Positions 12,713-24,728 of a stretch of 64,000 bases of DNA are shown piece by piece. Where the stretch lies: positions 12,710,001 through 12,774,000 of the forward strand of contig NC_043005.1 in assembly GCF_006345805.1 (NCBI RefSeq), in the 5' to 3' direction. The position numbers and the translations under genes are program-made. The stretch is from Octopus sinensis (lineage: Eukaryota). Position 1 is the stretch's first letter. Each line of letters begins with the position of its first letter. The notes beneath the pieces were generated by a model. The model did no database searches, was not told where the DNA came from, and was given only the letters and a program-made list of their open reading frames with translations.

Positions 12713-12769
12713 ATTATTATTCTTATTATTATCATTATTATTATTATTATTATTATTATAGAGAGAAAA

Positions 12770-12848
<79 letters not shown>

Positions 12849-12864
12849 TGTAGTAGTAGTAGTA

Positions 12865-13080
12865 GTATAATACTAAGGCGGTGACTTGGCAAAATCATTG
12901 GCACGATGGCCGAACTGCATAGCGGTATTTCGTCCGTCTTTTTTTCCTGAGTTCAAATTTCACTGAGGTCGACTTTGCCTTTCATCGTTTCGAGGCCTAT
13001 AAAATAAGTGCCAGTTTAGTGAGTAACCGACTAAATCTCTCCCCCAGATTTCAGGCAGTGTGTCTATAATAGAAAATATT
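12865..13080 (+). mobile_element. Older SINE S2 (tail A)
   Basis: Diverged head and GAGGTCGACTTTGCCTTTCATC core, ending ..TTTCAGG..CTATAATAGAAAA. Confidence 0.75.
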
Positions 13081-13817
13081 TGTTTCTTTATTACCCACAA
13101 GTGGGCTAAACATAGATGGGACAAACAAGGACAGACAAACGGATTAAGTCGATTACATCGACCCCAGTGCTTAACTGGTACTTAATTTATCGACCCCGAA
13201 AGGATGAAAGGCAAAGTCGACCTCGGCGTGATTTGAACTCTGAACATAACGGCAGACGAAATACGGCTACGCATTTCGCCCGGCGTGCTAACGTTTCTGC
13301 GAGCTCGCCGCCTTGTATGTATATATGTATATATATTTCTTTATTACCCACAAGGGGCTAAACATAGAGGGGACAAACAAGGACAGACAAACCGATTAAG
13401 TCGATTACATCGACCCCAGTGCGTAACTGGTACTTAATTTATCGACCCCGAAAGGATGAAAGGCAAAGTCGACCTCGGCGTGATTTGAACTCTGAACGTA
13501 ACGGCAGACGAAATACGGCTACGCATTTCGCCCGGCGTGCTAACATTTCTGCCAGCTCGCCGCCTTGTATGTATATATATATATATATTTCTTTATTACC
13601 CACAAGAGGCTAAACATAGAGGGGACAAACAAGGACAGACAAACGGATTAAGTCGATTACATCTACCCCAGTGCTTAACTGGTACTTAATTTATCGACCC
13701 CGAAAGGATGAAAAGGCAAAGTCGACCTCGGCGTGATTTGAACTCCTCTGAACGTAACGGCAGACGAAAAACGGCTACGCATTTCGCCCGGCGTGCTAAC
13801 GTTTCTGCCAGCTCGCC
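13081..13817 (-). mobile_element. Three tandem full-length copies of tRNA-derived SINE S2 (tail B)
   Basis: About 250 bp period; head GGCGAGCTGGCAGAAACGTTAGC, B box GAGTTCAAAT; one outer 17-bp direct repeat CTATAATAGAAAATATT at 13064-13080 and 13817-13833. Confidence 0.92.
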
Positions 13818-14355
13818 TATAATAGAAAATATTATTATTCATGGCGTAAGATGGTAAATAATAAAAATCATTTTGATCAGAACCTCTTTACCGGGTAACG
13901 GCAGCAAAATCAACGCCGGATGGATTACATTAAAATAGACAACGGACGAATTAAGAACGGGAAAAAAATGAACAAATAGTAATGTTAGATACTTAATACC
14001 GAGCATAAAGTCGTTGATGTTCATTTTATTCTTCTAAAACATTTAATTATTAAGGAGTAAAATCATACACATCCATTCATATGTTAACTGTAAAAAGCAA
14101 TTATTCTGCAATTGCAAAAAAAAAAAAAAAAACAATTTAAATACGATCAGCCATCTAGCTGGAAATATTTTTACATGGTTTTGTAATCCCATCTACAAAA
14201 TAGTTTTACTTACGTGTACGCAGGTTGGTATATATATGTATACATGCCTACGTATGTATACATATATATATATAATATATATATACATATATATATATAT
14301 ATAATATATATATATATATATAATTATATATATGTATATATATATATATATATAG

Positions 14356-14869
14356 TTATCCTTAATAATGAAGGGTGAAATTAATTAATTTGGAATAATT
14401 ATCAATTACACCAAGTAGTCTTTTGGCTACACGCGGGTGGGAAGGGGCTGGTGACACAATCTTTTCATTCACACTTTGAATTTGGTGATACTAGTTGCGG
14501 ATTCTAGCTCGCTCTGATACTGAGTTGAGTTGGTGCCTTCTAGTATCTCAAAATTCAATATATAATCATTTATGATTATAGTATTCTACGCTGAAGAGAA
14601 AAGAAGTTTGGGTAAGGTAGAATTATTTAATATTTAATTCTTATGCTTTCCTAAAAACTTGATTTCGAAACGTGCGTCCGTAGATAACTTGAAATTGTAT
14701 GATAGATTGCCGTCAATTCATTCTCTCTTACCTGTTTGTGTCTGCCTTCCAATTGCTGTTTTTACTGAGATCTCCCTTTTTAGTAGAAGAAATAGCTATA
14801 ACTCTTTGACTGCTATTTCTAAATTCGGTATGTGGTAAGGCAATTCGTTGCTAAACCCTTTATTGCTTA

Positions 14870-14870
<1 letters not shown>
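14356..14870 (+). repeat. ~510 bp hammerhead-bearing unit between (TA)n arrays
   Basis: (TA)-rich arrays at 14230-14352 and 14871-14930 bound the unit; no ORF. Confidence 0.6.
14585..14684 (+). ncRNA. Type I hammerhead ribozyme, canonical core
   Basis: Stem I TCTACG/CGTAGA; CTGAAGA (14591-14597); stem II GAAA/TTTC plus AAGTTT/AAACTT and AGAATTA/TAATTCT; GAAAC-GTGC-GTC, predicted cleavage after 14678. Confidence 0.9.
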
Positions 14871-14938
<68 letters not shown>

Positions 14939-15012
14939 AGTATATATATATATATGTATATATATGTATATCTATATCTATATCTATATCTATATATAAA
15001 TATATATGTGTG

Positions 15013-15075
<63 letters not shown>

Positions 15076-15193
15076 AAGTATATATATATATATATATATA
15101 TACATATATACATCAGAACGCCATTTTGGATCGTTAGCCCCTACACGCATTTTTTTTCTCTCCTTGTTTCTTTCTGTGTTTCTTTTTTGTGTA

Positions 15194-15231
15194 TCTTTCT
15201 GTCGAAGAGCGTAGGCTCGAAACGTAAAAGA
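15194..15231 (+). ncRNA. Atypical minimal hammerhead-like motif (CUGUNGAA core)
   Basis: TCTTT-CTGTCGA-A-GAGC/GCTC-GAAAC-GTA-AAAGA; further copies at 23120-23159(-), 29381-29420(+), 32349-32387(-), 36973-37009(-). Confidence 0.6.
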
Positions 15232-15327
15232 CTTGTTTTATTTATATTCCTGAGCGCCATACTAATACATTTGTTTGTTTGTACTCCACCTGCCTTCGTC
15301 TTTTGTTTATTTTCGTAAACCTTCCCG

Positions 15328-15365
<38 letters not shown>

Positions 15366-15828
15366 TTACATTTGTATATTTATAATCATATGTATATATT
15401 TATATATTTATATGAATTTATATATATACAAATATATATATATATATAAATATATGTGTATATATATATATATAAATATATATATATGTATGTTTATATA
15501 TGTATATGTATATATATACATACATGCACAATTACATGCATGCATACATTCATACATGTATGCATACATACATGCATCTATATCTATGTCTACGTATGTA
15601 CATACTTAGGTGTGTGCGTTCAGCCATCGCAAATCTGCCCTCAAAGCTATAGTTGACCTCAATGACCCCGGTATTCACCTCAGTTTATACACGTAAGTAC
15701 ATAGACGTAAATATACATATACATATGCACATAAATATGTCTATACATACAGGCATGCTTATACGCACACGCATAGTATAGACACTTGCATACGTATACG
15801 TACGTATATGTACATCCCCCAAAATATG

Positions 15829-15875
<47 letters not shown>

Positions 15876-15931
15876 GTAAATATATTTGTGTGTTTGTATG
15901 TAGGTATGTATTTATGCGTGCATACATACAT

Positions 15932-16014
<83 letters not shown>

Positions 16015-17065
16015 TATTGTCTTTGAGACAACTTTTTAATTGCTGTTTATTTTTTTTCTTTCGACAACCATTTTGCTCGTTAATTGTTTTCTTTTTTGCC
16101 GAAGTACGCTGAACTGCAGCAATAATTAGCTTTATTGCGACTTTCTAAACGTTGAGTATACACACACGCAGAGACTCACACTCACATGCAGACAGATGCT
16201 CGCACGCATGCGTGCATCTGTGCATATATGTGTGCGTGCGTGTCTACATACATACATAACATACATACATACGTACATACATACATACATAGAAAGTGAG
16301 AAAAAGAGAGAGAGAGAGAATGATATGTACATCACAGGAAGAATTGAAAAAGAAAAGGAAAATTTTAAATTTGTTATCAACAATCTTTTTACTCTCAAAT
16401 TTTGTTGTTTTTTTTGTGGTTAATAATTATTAGAAGGAAAGATAAAAATACGAACGAATATAGGCATGAAAGAAAAAAAAGGGGGTGAAAAGGAAATGAA
16501 TGGACGAAAGAAAGAAAGAAAGAATGATAAACGAAGGATAGAAAGAATGGTAGGGGAAAAAATATAGAATGAGAGAGAACGATAGGAAGAATTTTTACAA
16601 AGATAGACAGAATGAGAGGTAGGGAGAAAAATAGATAAAAAGAGTAATAGAGAGACAGAAAGAAAGAAAAATCAATGGTAGAAAGATGAAAAGAAAATGG
16701 AAGAAAATGGCAATTACGACTTCTCCTGAGGGAAAAGTGAAATTTATGAGATAATAAATGATTTATAGTAACTAATGTAACTCATTGGTTCACAGACTAA
16801 CACACATACAGTCTTTTCTCGTATTGCGGCATGTAATACTATAGAAATGTGAGCGCTCATTGGTCTCAGTATGCAGCTAGAGAACGCTTACGATTCGCTG
16901 TACATTATTGGTGCATTTCAACAATTAATCTTCTTAGTTTTCTATTATGATTCCATTGACATCAAGAATTCATTGCTTGGTACTTTATTTTACAGACTGC
17001 GAACGGATGAATAGCAAAGCTGATTTTTTGTGGGATGTAAACACAGAATGGGAAGGACCTTAACT

Positions 17066-17304
17066 AAATACCTATTTCTTTACTACCCACAAGGGGCTAA
17101 ACACAGAGAAGGCAAACAAGGACAGACAAACGGATTAAGGCGATTATATTGACCCCAGTGCGTAACTGGTACTTATTTAATCGACCCCGAAAGGATGAAA
17201 GGCAAAGTCGACCTCGGCGGAATTTGAACTCAGAACGTAACAGCAGACGAAATACGGCTACGCATTTCGCCCGGCGTGCTAACGTTTCTGCCAGCTCGCC
17301 GCCC
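17066..17304 (-). mobile_element. SINE S2 (tail B)
   Basis: Full head, core and tail, followed by GGTATTT, the start of a second unit. Confidence 0.9.
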
Positions 17305-18435
17305 TTTCTAAATACCACAAGGTATTTTGTCCAGTGCTGTAATCATTCAATCAATCCACTTTGTCCTTTGGATCCGCAATTTGTGGCTCTATTCAATAAT
17401 TCAGAATGGTTTTACGCCCTACTCGGTTGTGCTGAGTTACTCGACAAAAGACACTATTACTCTTGTTTTCCTTCTTTCTACTTCTCCCCTTACAGCTTCA
17501 TTTAAGTCTAGATTTGCGTCATCCTGTCAGATCATACGACCTATACTCAGTTAGAAATGTCTGGGAGGGATCATTTATGTACTCAAAAATCCTAAACAGT
17601 ATCAAATTAATAAGACATTCAACTTATCAATATAGACTTACACATCGACAGACTGCAGCAAATTTAAATACAAATACACCTTTTAATTTTTATCTTTATT
17701 TATTTACTATCTCATTCATATTTTTACCTTTTATGTTACCACAAAGGCTTTTTTACTTCGGGTGTATATTTACTCTATCACATCCTGCAAAAGCTCAAAC
17801 CAAATATATATACACATACACCTCTAAGTTGGTCGAATCTGTCACTATTTCTACAACCAGAAGCCTTCATTATTGACTGATGTTATATAACGGATTGTCA
17901 TCGTATGAACATTAATTGTACGTAAGATGGCGTAGCAGAATATCATATAAATAATTTCTTATATTGTGCTTTATTTTCAACATGTTCTCTGCAAAAGAAT
18001 ATCAAAATAGATTATACAAATACGAAAAACGAACAGGATCGCACATGGACTTCTAAATACCAGTTATTTGTTGCGCAAGGCATCTGATAGTTACACAACT
18101 ACGATGGTTTGACTGAGTATTGAGTTTGTAAATGGCCTCTTTTATCAAATAATCACCTTATGTTGAAACATACGTAAAGTGGTGGAGCTAGATATTCGGT
18201 ATACAATCTCACATATTTTGTTTTGGTTTTATGTGTATATCTGTATGCGCGTATGCATGTGTGTGTGTCTGTGAGCGTCTGTGTGTGTGTGTGTGTGCGT
18301 GTGAGTAGGTGCGCGCGAGTATCCTCGTGTGCGCAAGTATGTGAAGTCGTGTGGACTAATGGTTAGAGTAATGCATTCATGATCGCGAGATCGTTGTTTG
18401 GATTCTCAGACCAGCAGTGTGTGTATAAATATATA

Positions 18436-18497
<62 letters not shown>

Positions 18498-18681
18498 CAT
18501 ATACTTATAAAGTTAATCCAAATATGAAAACGCAATGAGAAAACACAACAACGCGAGGACGTGGAACAAGTATAGTGTTATTGGACGCTCAGGAAAGGAA
18601 AGAAAGGATCCAAGGAAGGGAAGACGGAGGAAGAAATCACCAACAGTACACACGCGGTCACATTTTGAATGACCGGAAGGG

Positions 18682-18715
<34 letters not shown>

Positions 18716-18737
18716 ATGTGTGTGTGTGTATAATATA

Positions 18738-18797
<60 letters not shown>

Positions 18798-18954
18798 CAC
18801 AAGTAATGAGAGAGAGTCCACATGTGGTCACTCTAACGTTAGATATAGATGCACGAAGGGAATCTACCACTAAAGAAATGTTCTCAAGAATTAATTCAAC
18901 GCACCAAGAATGTAAGCGAGCAGGAAAAATGAAAAATAACGAAAAAATAGATTA

Positions 18955-19030
18955 ACTCTATACAATTGTTTCACCGTTAATAGATTGTGTAATTTTACTT
19001 ACACAATCATTTTCGGATCTTCAGTAGAGT
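18955..19030 (-). ncRNA. Type I hammerhead ribozyme
   Basis: ACTCTA-CTGAAGA-[T CCG..GATTGTGTAA/TTACACAATC..CGG T]-GAAAC-AATT-GTA-TAGAGT; 6-bp stem I, palindromic ACAATTGT stem III, U.U at the base of stem II. Confidence 0.85.
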
Positions 19031-19482
19031 ATATCAAAAAAATATAATTTGCTGAGTCGAACGCCAACATCCACACGAAGCCGAATGAAGGCGAATGGCA
19101 CAGCCGATTATATCTGCAGTTATGTTCATCTATATCTTCATTCTCGCGCGTTGAAAAACCGGATGTAAATACCACCCCAGTAATTTACTGCCGGTTTGAG
19201 AACATATTAATTTATAATTAAAATCACAATAAGGGTGAAAAAAATTGAATATTGATTAATAACATCAATTTAAAACACCAAGTGGCCTAGCGTATAAAGA
19301 CTGGGATACAGTAAAAATTATTAATACAAGTAATGAGAGAGAGTCCACATGTGGTCACTCTAACGCTAGATATAGATGCACGAAGAGAATCCACGCTAGG
19401 CCACTTGGTGTTTTAAATTGATGTTATTAATCAATATTCAATTTTTTCCACCCTTATTGTGATTATATATATATATATATAT

Positions 19483-19626
19483 AGGTGCAGTTGAGACTGC
19501 GTTGTAAGTAGCCTGTTTACCAACCACATGGTTCTGGGTTCAGACCCACTGCGTGGTACTTCGGGCAAGTGCTGACCGAAGCCTTGTGAGTGGACTTGGT
19601 AGACGGAAAATGAAAGAAATCTATCG

Positions 19627-19672
<46 letters not shown>

Positions 19673-19932
19673 AGTGTGTGTGTATGTAGGTATGAATATG
19701 TGTGTTTGTGTGTGTATATATGTTTGTATGTTTGTGTGTCTGTGTTTGTATTTCCACCATCGCTTGACAAGCTATGGTGGTGTGTTTACCTCCCTGTAAC
19801 TTAGCGGTTGGGGAAAAAGACCGATAGAATAAGTACTATTTCTACAATGAATAAGTTCTGGGGTCAATTTGTTCAACTAAAGGCGATACTCCAGCATGGC
19901 CACAGTCAAATGACTGAAACAAGTAAAAGAAG
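19483..19932 (+). mobile_element. SINE S1
   Basis: Degenerate A box, B box GGTTCAGACCC, CORE-like block, internal (TA)(GA)(TG)n, tail CTCCAGCATGGCCACAGTCAAATGACTGAAACAAG. Confidence 0.85.
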
Positions 19933-19941
19933 AACGAAAGA

Positions 19942-19986
<45 letters not shown>

Positions 19987-20671
19987 TTAATCAATATAAG
20001 GGTAGCAAAAAATTCAAGAAAAATTATTCGCCACCAGCGGTCTAGTGAGAAAGAGATATAGTCACAGACTATATATATATATATATAAATTCAACAATAT
20101 TAAGGAATAGCCCTGATAGGCAATTCGACCCACTAGAAAGAGCAGCTAAACTCAAACCGCTAAATAGTTGTAATTCTGAAATCAAAGGAGAAATAAAAAC
20201 ATTTACCCTTATAATCTTTGGACTATGCATAGTTTCGACACTTTGATAAACCCATTTAATTAAATTAAATTAAATTTGTTTACATCTGGCCTGACTCGTC
20301 AGTAAAGAAGCCAAGGAAAATATACATCCACGAGGCGACACCAGCGACGCCTCGAGTTTATATACTCTAAATTTTCAAAATCCACCGTCACCGCGCTATT
20401 TTCTCATCAGTAAATATAAACTGCTGATATAATTTCAAAATTAGTCAAAAAGTCATCAATTAATCAATATGAGGGTAGCAAAAAATTCAAGAAAAATTAT
20501 TCGTCACCAGCGGTTTAGTGAGAAAGAGAAATAGTCACAGACTATATATATATAAATTCAACAATATTAAGGAATGGCCCTGATAGGCCATTCGACCCAC
20601 TAGAAAGAGCAGATAAACTCAAACCGCTAAATAGTTGTAATTCTGAAATCAAAGGAGAAATAAAAACATTT
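19987..20671 (-). repeat. Partial tandem (about 1.45-mer) of a ~470 bp hammerhead-bearing unit
   Basis: Direct repeats 19987-20204 and 20460-20671 flank the segment carrying the ribozyme. Confidence 0.85.
20214..20309 (-). ncRNA. Type I hammerhead ribozyme
   Basis: TCTTTA-CTGACGA-G..C-GAAAC-TATGCATA-GTC-CAAAGA; perfect 12-nt palindrome ACTATGCATAGT; single mismatches at the first stem I pair and in stem II. Confidence 0.85.
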
Positions 20672-20976
20672 TATTATCGGTAACCACTGCGGCTCAGTGG
20701 TTACCGATCATGTTGACTTGTTCTTCTTTTCGGATTATGGCTGCTATTGCTTAGTGAGTGGGATTGACTCAGTGCGCAGCCTTTCCTCACTTTAAAAAAT
20801 GTCTTCTTGCACAGGCATTGCACGATAACAACATTGATTAAGCTTCGTGCAATGGCCATACTCGATAAAGAGGGGGCAGCCACTATGTATATATGTATGT
20901 ATGCATGTATGTATACACGCACGCATGCACACACACGTACAAACACGCACACGTAGAAACACACAGGCACGCACAT

Positions 20977-21010
<34 letters not shown>

Positions 21011-21401
21011 ATATATGTCAATAAATGCAGAGGGTACACAAAAGGGTATGGATTCCAGTTTTGAAGATACTAGGTGTTTCAGTTTTTTAAGTCATTTGTA
21101 TTAATTTAGATAAAGACGAATAGCTCACCACAGAAAAGGTATATTTGAAACCAATTTGGTATAAATAATGTGGTAAACCCTGTTATAACACCTATTCAAA
21201 AATCTATCGTTAGAATTAGTGACTGTTTCAATGCGTGGTCGGGAGCTGTAACATACCCGAATGCGACGATCTTTATCATATTTGGACATAGTGCTGATAA
21301 TGGCAGACTAGAGAGATTGACTGGTATTCAAAAGATTTTGATTGACCTCTCCCTCAACAATGCCTCGCACGTAATAGTCTAGAGGACTGAGGTTTGATAA
21401 A

Positions 21402-21717
21402 CAACGAAGGTAAACGACATGGTACGCAACCCTTTCGGTTTTTTTTTTCCATTTTTTTTTACTACAGAAACCCATCTTTTCGACTACGGAGATTCCGAAT
21501 CAGCAAAAAAAATCGGCATTTCAAAATTTTAATTCACCCTCTCCCCCAGTGTTTCACATATTTTTGAAATTTTGGTGGGGGCGAGATACGTATAAAATTT
21601 TGAAATGCCGATTTTTTTACAGATTCGGAATCTCCTCAGTCAAAAAAGTGGGTTTCTGTAGAACATTTTTTTTGATAACTGAAAGGGAGTGCCGTCCATA
21701 TCCTTTACCTCCGCCTG
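21402..21717. mobile_element. Palindromic MITE-like element; partial second copy at 26088-26344
   Basis: Left and right ~140 bp arms are imperfect inverted repeats (e.g. CCGAATC..GGCATTTCAAAATTTT versus AAAATTTTGAAATGCCG..GATTCGG). Confidence 0.7.
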
Positions 21718-21769
21718 ATGAGCTACGAGGCCATGTGCCTCCGAGAACATACGAATATGGAGATTGACA

Positions 21770-22590
21770 CGCATCTACGCTTTGGAACTCCTAGCATTTT
21801 GAATTGATATAGACTCTCGTTACAAGAGTACAGTCTTCTGTTTCGTAGTCTGTCTATCCAGGATCTCACAACTTTCTTCAACATCCTGTGTAGACAGCCG
21901 CATTGACTCTCAAGTGATGAGGCATGACATTTCTCTCATTGTTGCAACTTCCAGAACAATCACAGTTACAAAGATCTTATTATGCGTGACTGTTGGAATC
22001 TCATTCGAGCGTTTGCATAGCCATCTGTCGTTCTTTATGTTTACCCTTTGGTCTTAATCGAGGTTTTTCTCATCGGAGAAAAACCAAAGCGTTCCAATCT
22101 TTTGGAGCTTTAAATTGTTTAAAAAGGACTTTGCACAGATCGAACGATTCTCTTTTTTCACCCTTCGCATCATATACACATTGTAACGATTGTCTTCATG
22201 CACAATTCTTCTGCTGGCACATTCTAAAATCTTCAGGTCTTTTGCAATGGTACTGATTCTTTCGATTCCTGTTGAAGAAAGTTGTGAAGCCCTGAATAGA
22301 CAGAGTACTCAACAGAAGACTGTACTCTTGAAACGAGACTCTACGCCAGCGAGTGCTTATCGATTATTTCTTGGACGTTTTGTAGAAGTTTGTATATTCT
22401 GACGGTATTAGGACCCTGCGCATGTGTTTTTCATTTAGCCACTGATGTTAGATCCCTGTCGGCAGCTTCTCGTTCCTTTTCAGTTTCACAATGAAGAACC
22501 TGGCGATTTTTCAGGAAGAGAGCTGTGTCCGTACCACTACACCGTGCTTGCCTTTTCATTTGCTGATTCAACCTGATGTCTGACATTATC
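21770..22590 (-). mobile_element. Decayed Tc1/mariner (maT-like) transposase with an internal inverted segment
   Basis: Minus-strand RRIVHEDNRY, WFFSDEKNLD*DQRVNIKNDRWLC, VMP..LRVNAAVY, LKKVVRSWIDR. Confidence 0.8.
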
Positions 22591-22694
22591 TATCTGCAAA
22601 GAAAGGTAAAAAAGTTAAAAGAAAGTTACAGCTCTTGAAAGAAGTGTCCTTAAAAAAACCTGCGCAGCATCTAGACGCGCGGCGGCATACGAAT

Positions 22695-22732
<38 letters not shown>

Positions 22733-22799
22733 ATATATATATATTGGCTAAACTGGCAAAATGACCATTCCGAAATACAACAACATATATATATATACA

Positions 22800-22916
22800 T
22801 GTACATTCACACATACATACATACATGAATACATAGATACATACATGCATACATACATACATACATACATGAATACATACATACATACATGCATACATAC
22901 ATACATACATACTACA

Positions 22917-22948
<32 letters not shown>

Positions 22949-23010
22949 CATACATACATACATACATACATACACATACATACACATACATACATACATA
23001 CATACATACA

Positions 23011-23042
<32 letters not shown>
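22800..23042. repeat. (CATA)n microsatellite
   Basis: Visible periodicity. Confidence 0.95.
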
Positions 23043-23353
23043 GCAGAAATTTACGGAAGACGACGACACGTGTATGAACAAGCAGATGTCTTAGTTTGAG
23101 GTTCGGGAAAGTGAGAAAGTCCTTTTTTGTTTCGAGTCTACGCTCTTCAACAGAAAGGAATGAGAAAATAAACAGGGAGGGAATTTAAATAAAAAACTTG
23201 TGGATTTAGCAATCAAGCATGGCGACTGGTTGAGATGGGTGCATGTGCATGTTGCGTCAGATTATACGTGTGTGTGTGAGTGTATGTATATATTTAAGCA
23301 CACACACATACATACATATACATATGTCTATATGTGTTGTGTTTGTGTGTTTG

Positions 23354-23387
<34 letters not shown>

Positions 23388-23389
<2 letters not shown>

Positions 23390-23515
23390 TACCAGGCTTT
23401 AAGGAAAGATAAAATATGTACTGGCGTCGATGAGTTCGACTAAAATCCTTCAAGGCGGTGCTCCAGCATGGCTGCAGTCTAATGACTGATACAAGTAGAA
23501 AAAAAAGGGTAGAGT
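23388..23515 (+). mobile_element. SINE S1 3' fragment
   Basis: AAGGCGGTGCTCCAGCATGGCTGCAGTC..ATGACTGA tail. Confidence 0.7.
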
Positions 23516-24689
23516 AAGTTAAAAACCCCAAAACGAGCCAATGACGTAATCATTACGTGTTTGCCTGAGCTACTACACCTAGAAGCCGAAACTCTCTCAA
23601 GTTACAACCAGACAGGAAAGTCAGTATCTATGACACAGTCACCTTTAAGAAGAAAAAAAAAACGTGGTGTTGGCGGTTAAGATGAATTTCATCAGAGATC
23701 TGCTCGATTAGTGTTGGTTCAAGAAAAACAAGAGCTTCAGTACTGAAAAGAAAAAATCAAAAACCAATCTACCCAGTTGTATAAATCAATGGACGTGTTG
23801 GTCATATATTCCAGTTTCTTTTGCCGTAAAACAACTTGGAATTTTCTTTTCGATTGCCTGATTAAATTTCTCTGCCCAGATCACGAATGTCCATAATTAC
23901 TTTCATAATAGTCTTTTGTTTTTAGTTACGCCACTTTAAACTTACAAACATTTACGAGACAACCACTTCTTTATCTTCTTACTGCGGTTTTGACTGTTCT
24001 ACTGGTTGTTAGTTTAGCTGTAATTGTTAGCGTCGTTGCTGTTGTTGTTGTTGTTGTTGTTGCCACCGTTGTTATTGTCATCGTTATTATCATCCTCCTT
24101 GATTTTGTTGTTGTTCATTTTTTATTGTGGTAGCTGTTGTTGTTGTTGTTGTTGTTTTTGTTGTTGCTGTGACAGTTCATTAATTTGTTGATTTTGCTAT
24201 TTTATTTTTTTTTCATTAATTTATATAATTGTTATTTATTATTTTGTTTTGTCGTTAGTCTGTGGTAATAATTAGTTTCGTTGTGATGAAATTTCAAAAG
24301 CAGAAGAGACAAAAATATAAATTAAATATATATAAAATATCAAAAAAAAAAAAAAATGAAAAGACAGAAAGAAAATAACGAAAAGAAAACAAACGAAGCA
24401 ACAAGAAAAATACATAACAAGTACAAAACAATAAACACCAACAGCTACAACAACAAAGCGGAACAACGTACAAAATACTCTACACACGACAACAAGAATC
24501 GCAACAATAATAAAAACAACAATTGTTTCTTATCGTCAATAATTTTTCAAATTATGTCTTGTTGATGATATTTATTGGAAAATAAAAAAAAAAACGTTTT
24601 ACATACTTATACAATCACATACATACGTATAAGCTCACGCACATATACATACATACATGCATACACGCACTCACACACACACAACACAC

Positions 24690-24728
<39 letters not shown>

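Noticed and set aside
13081-13817. CRISPR-like or bacterial repeat array (also 57712-58680)
   Set aside because: Units are whole SINE monomers without unique spacers; eukaryotic context, no cas genes.
18340-18415. tRNA gene
   Set aside because: A/B-box-like remnants only, with no closed cloverleaf; a decayed SINE head. The same applies to the heads of S1-S3 and 34501-34566.
21090-21170. Hammerhead: GAAAC-CAATTTG-GTA with ATTTA/TAAAT stem
   Set aside because: No CUGANGA core at the required position; at most a fossil.
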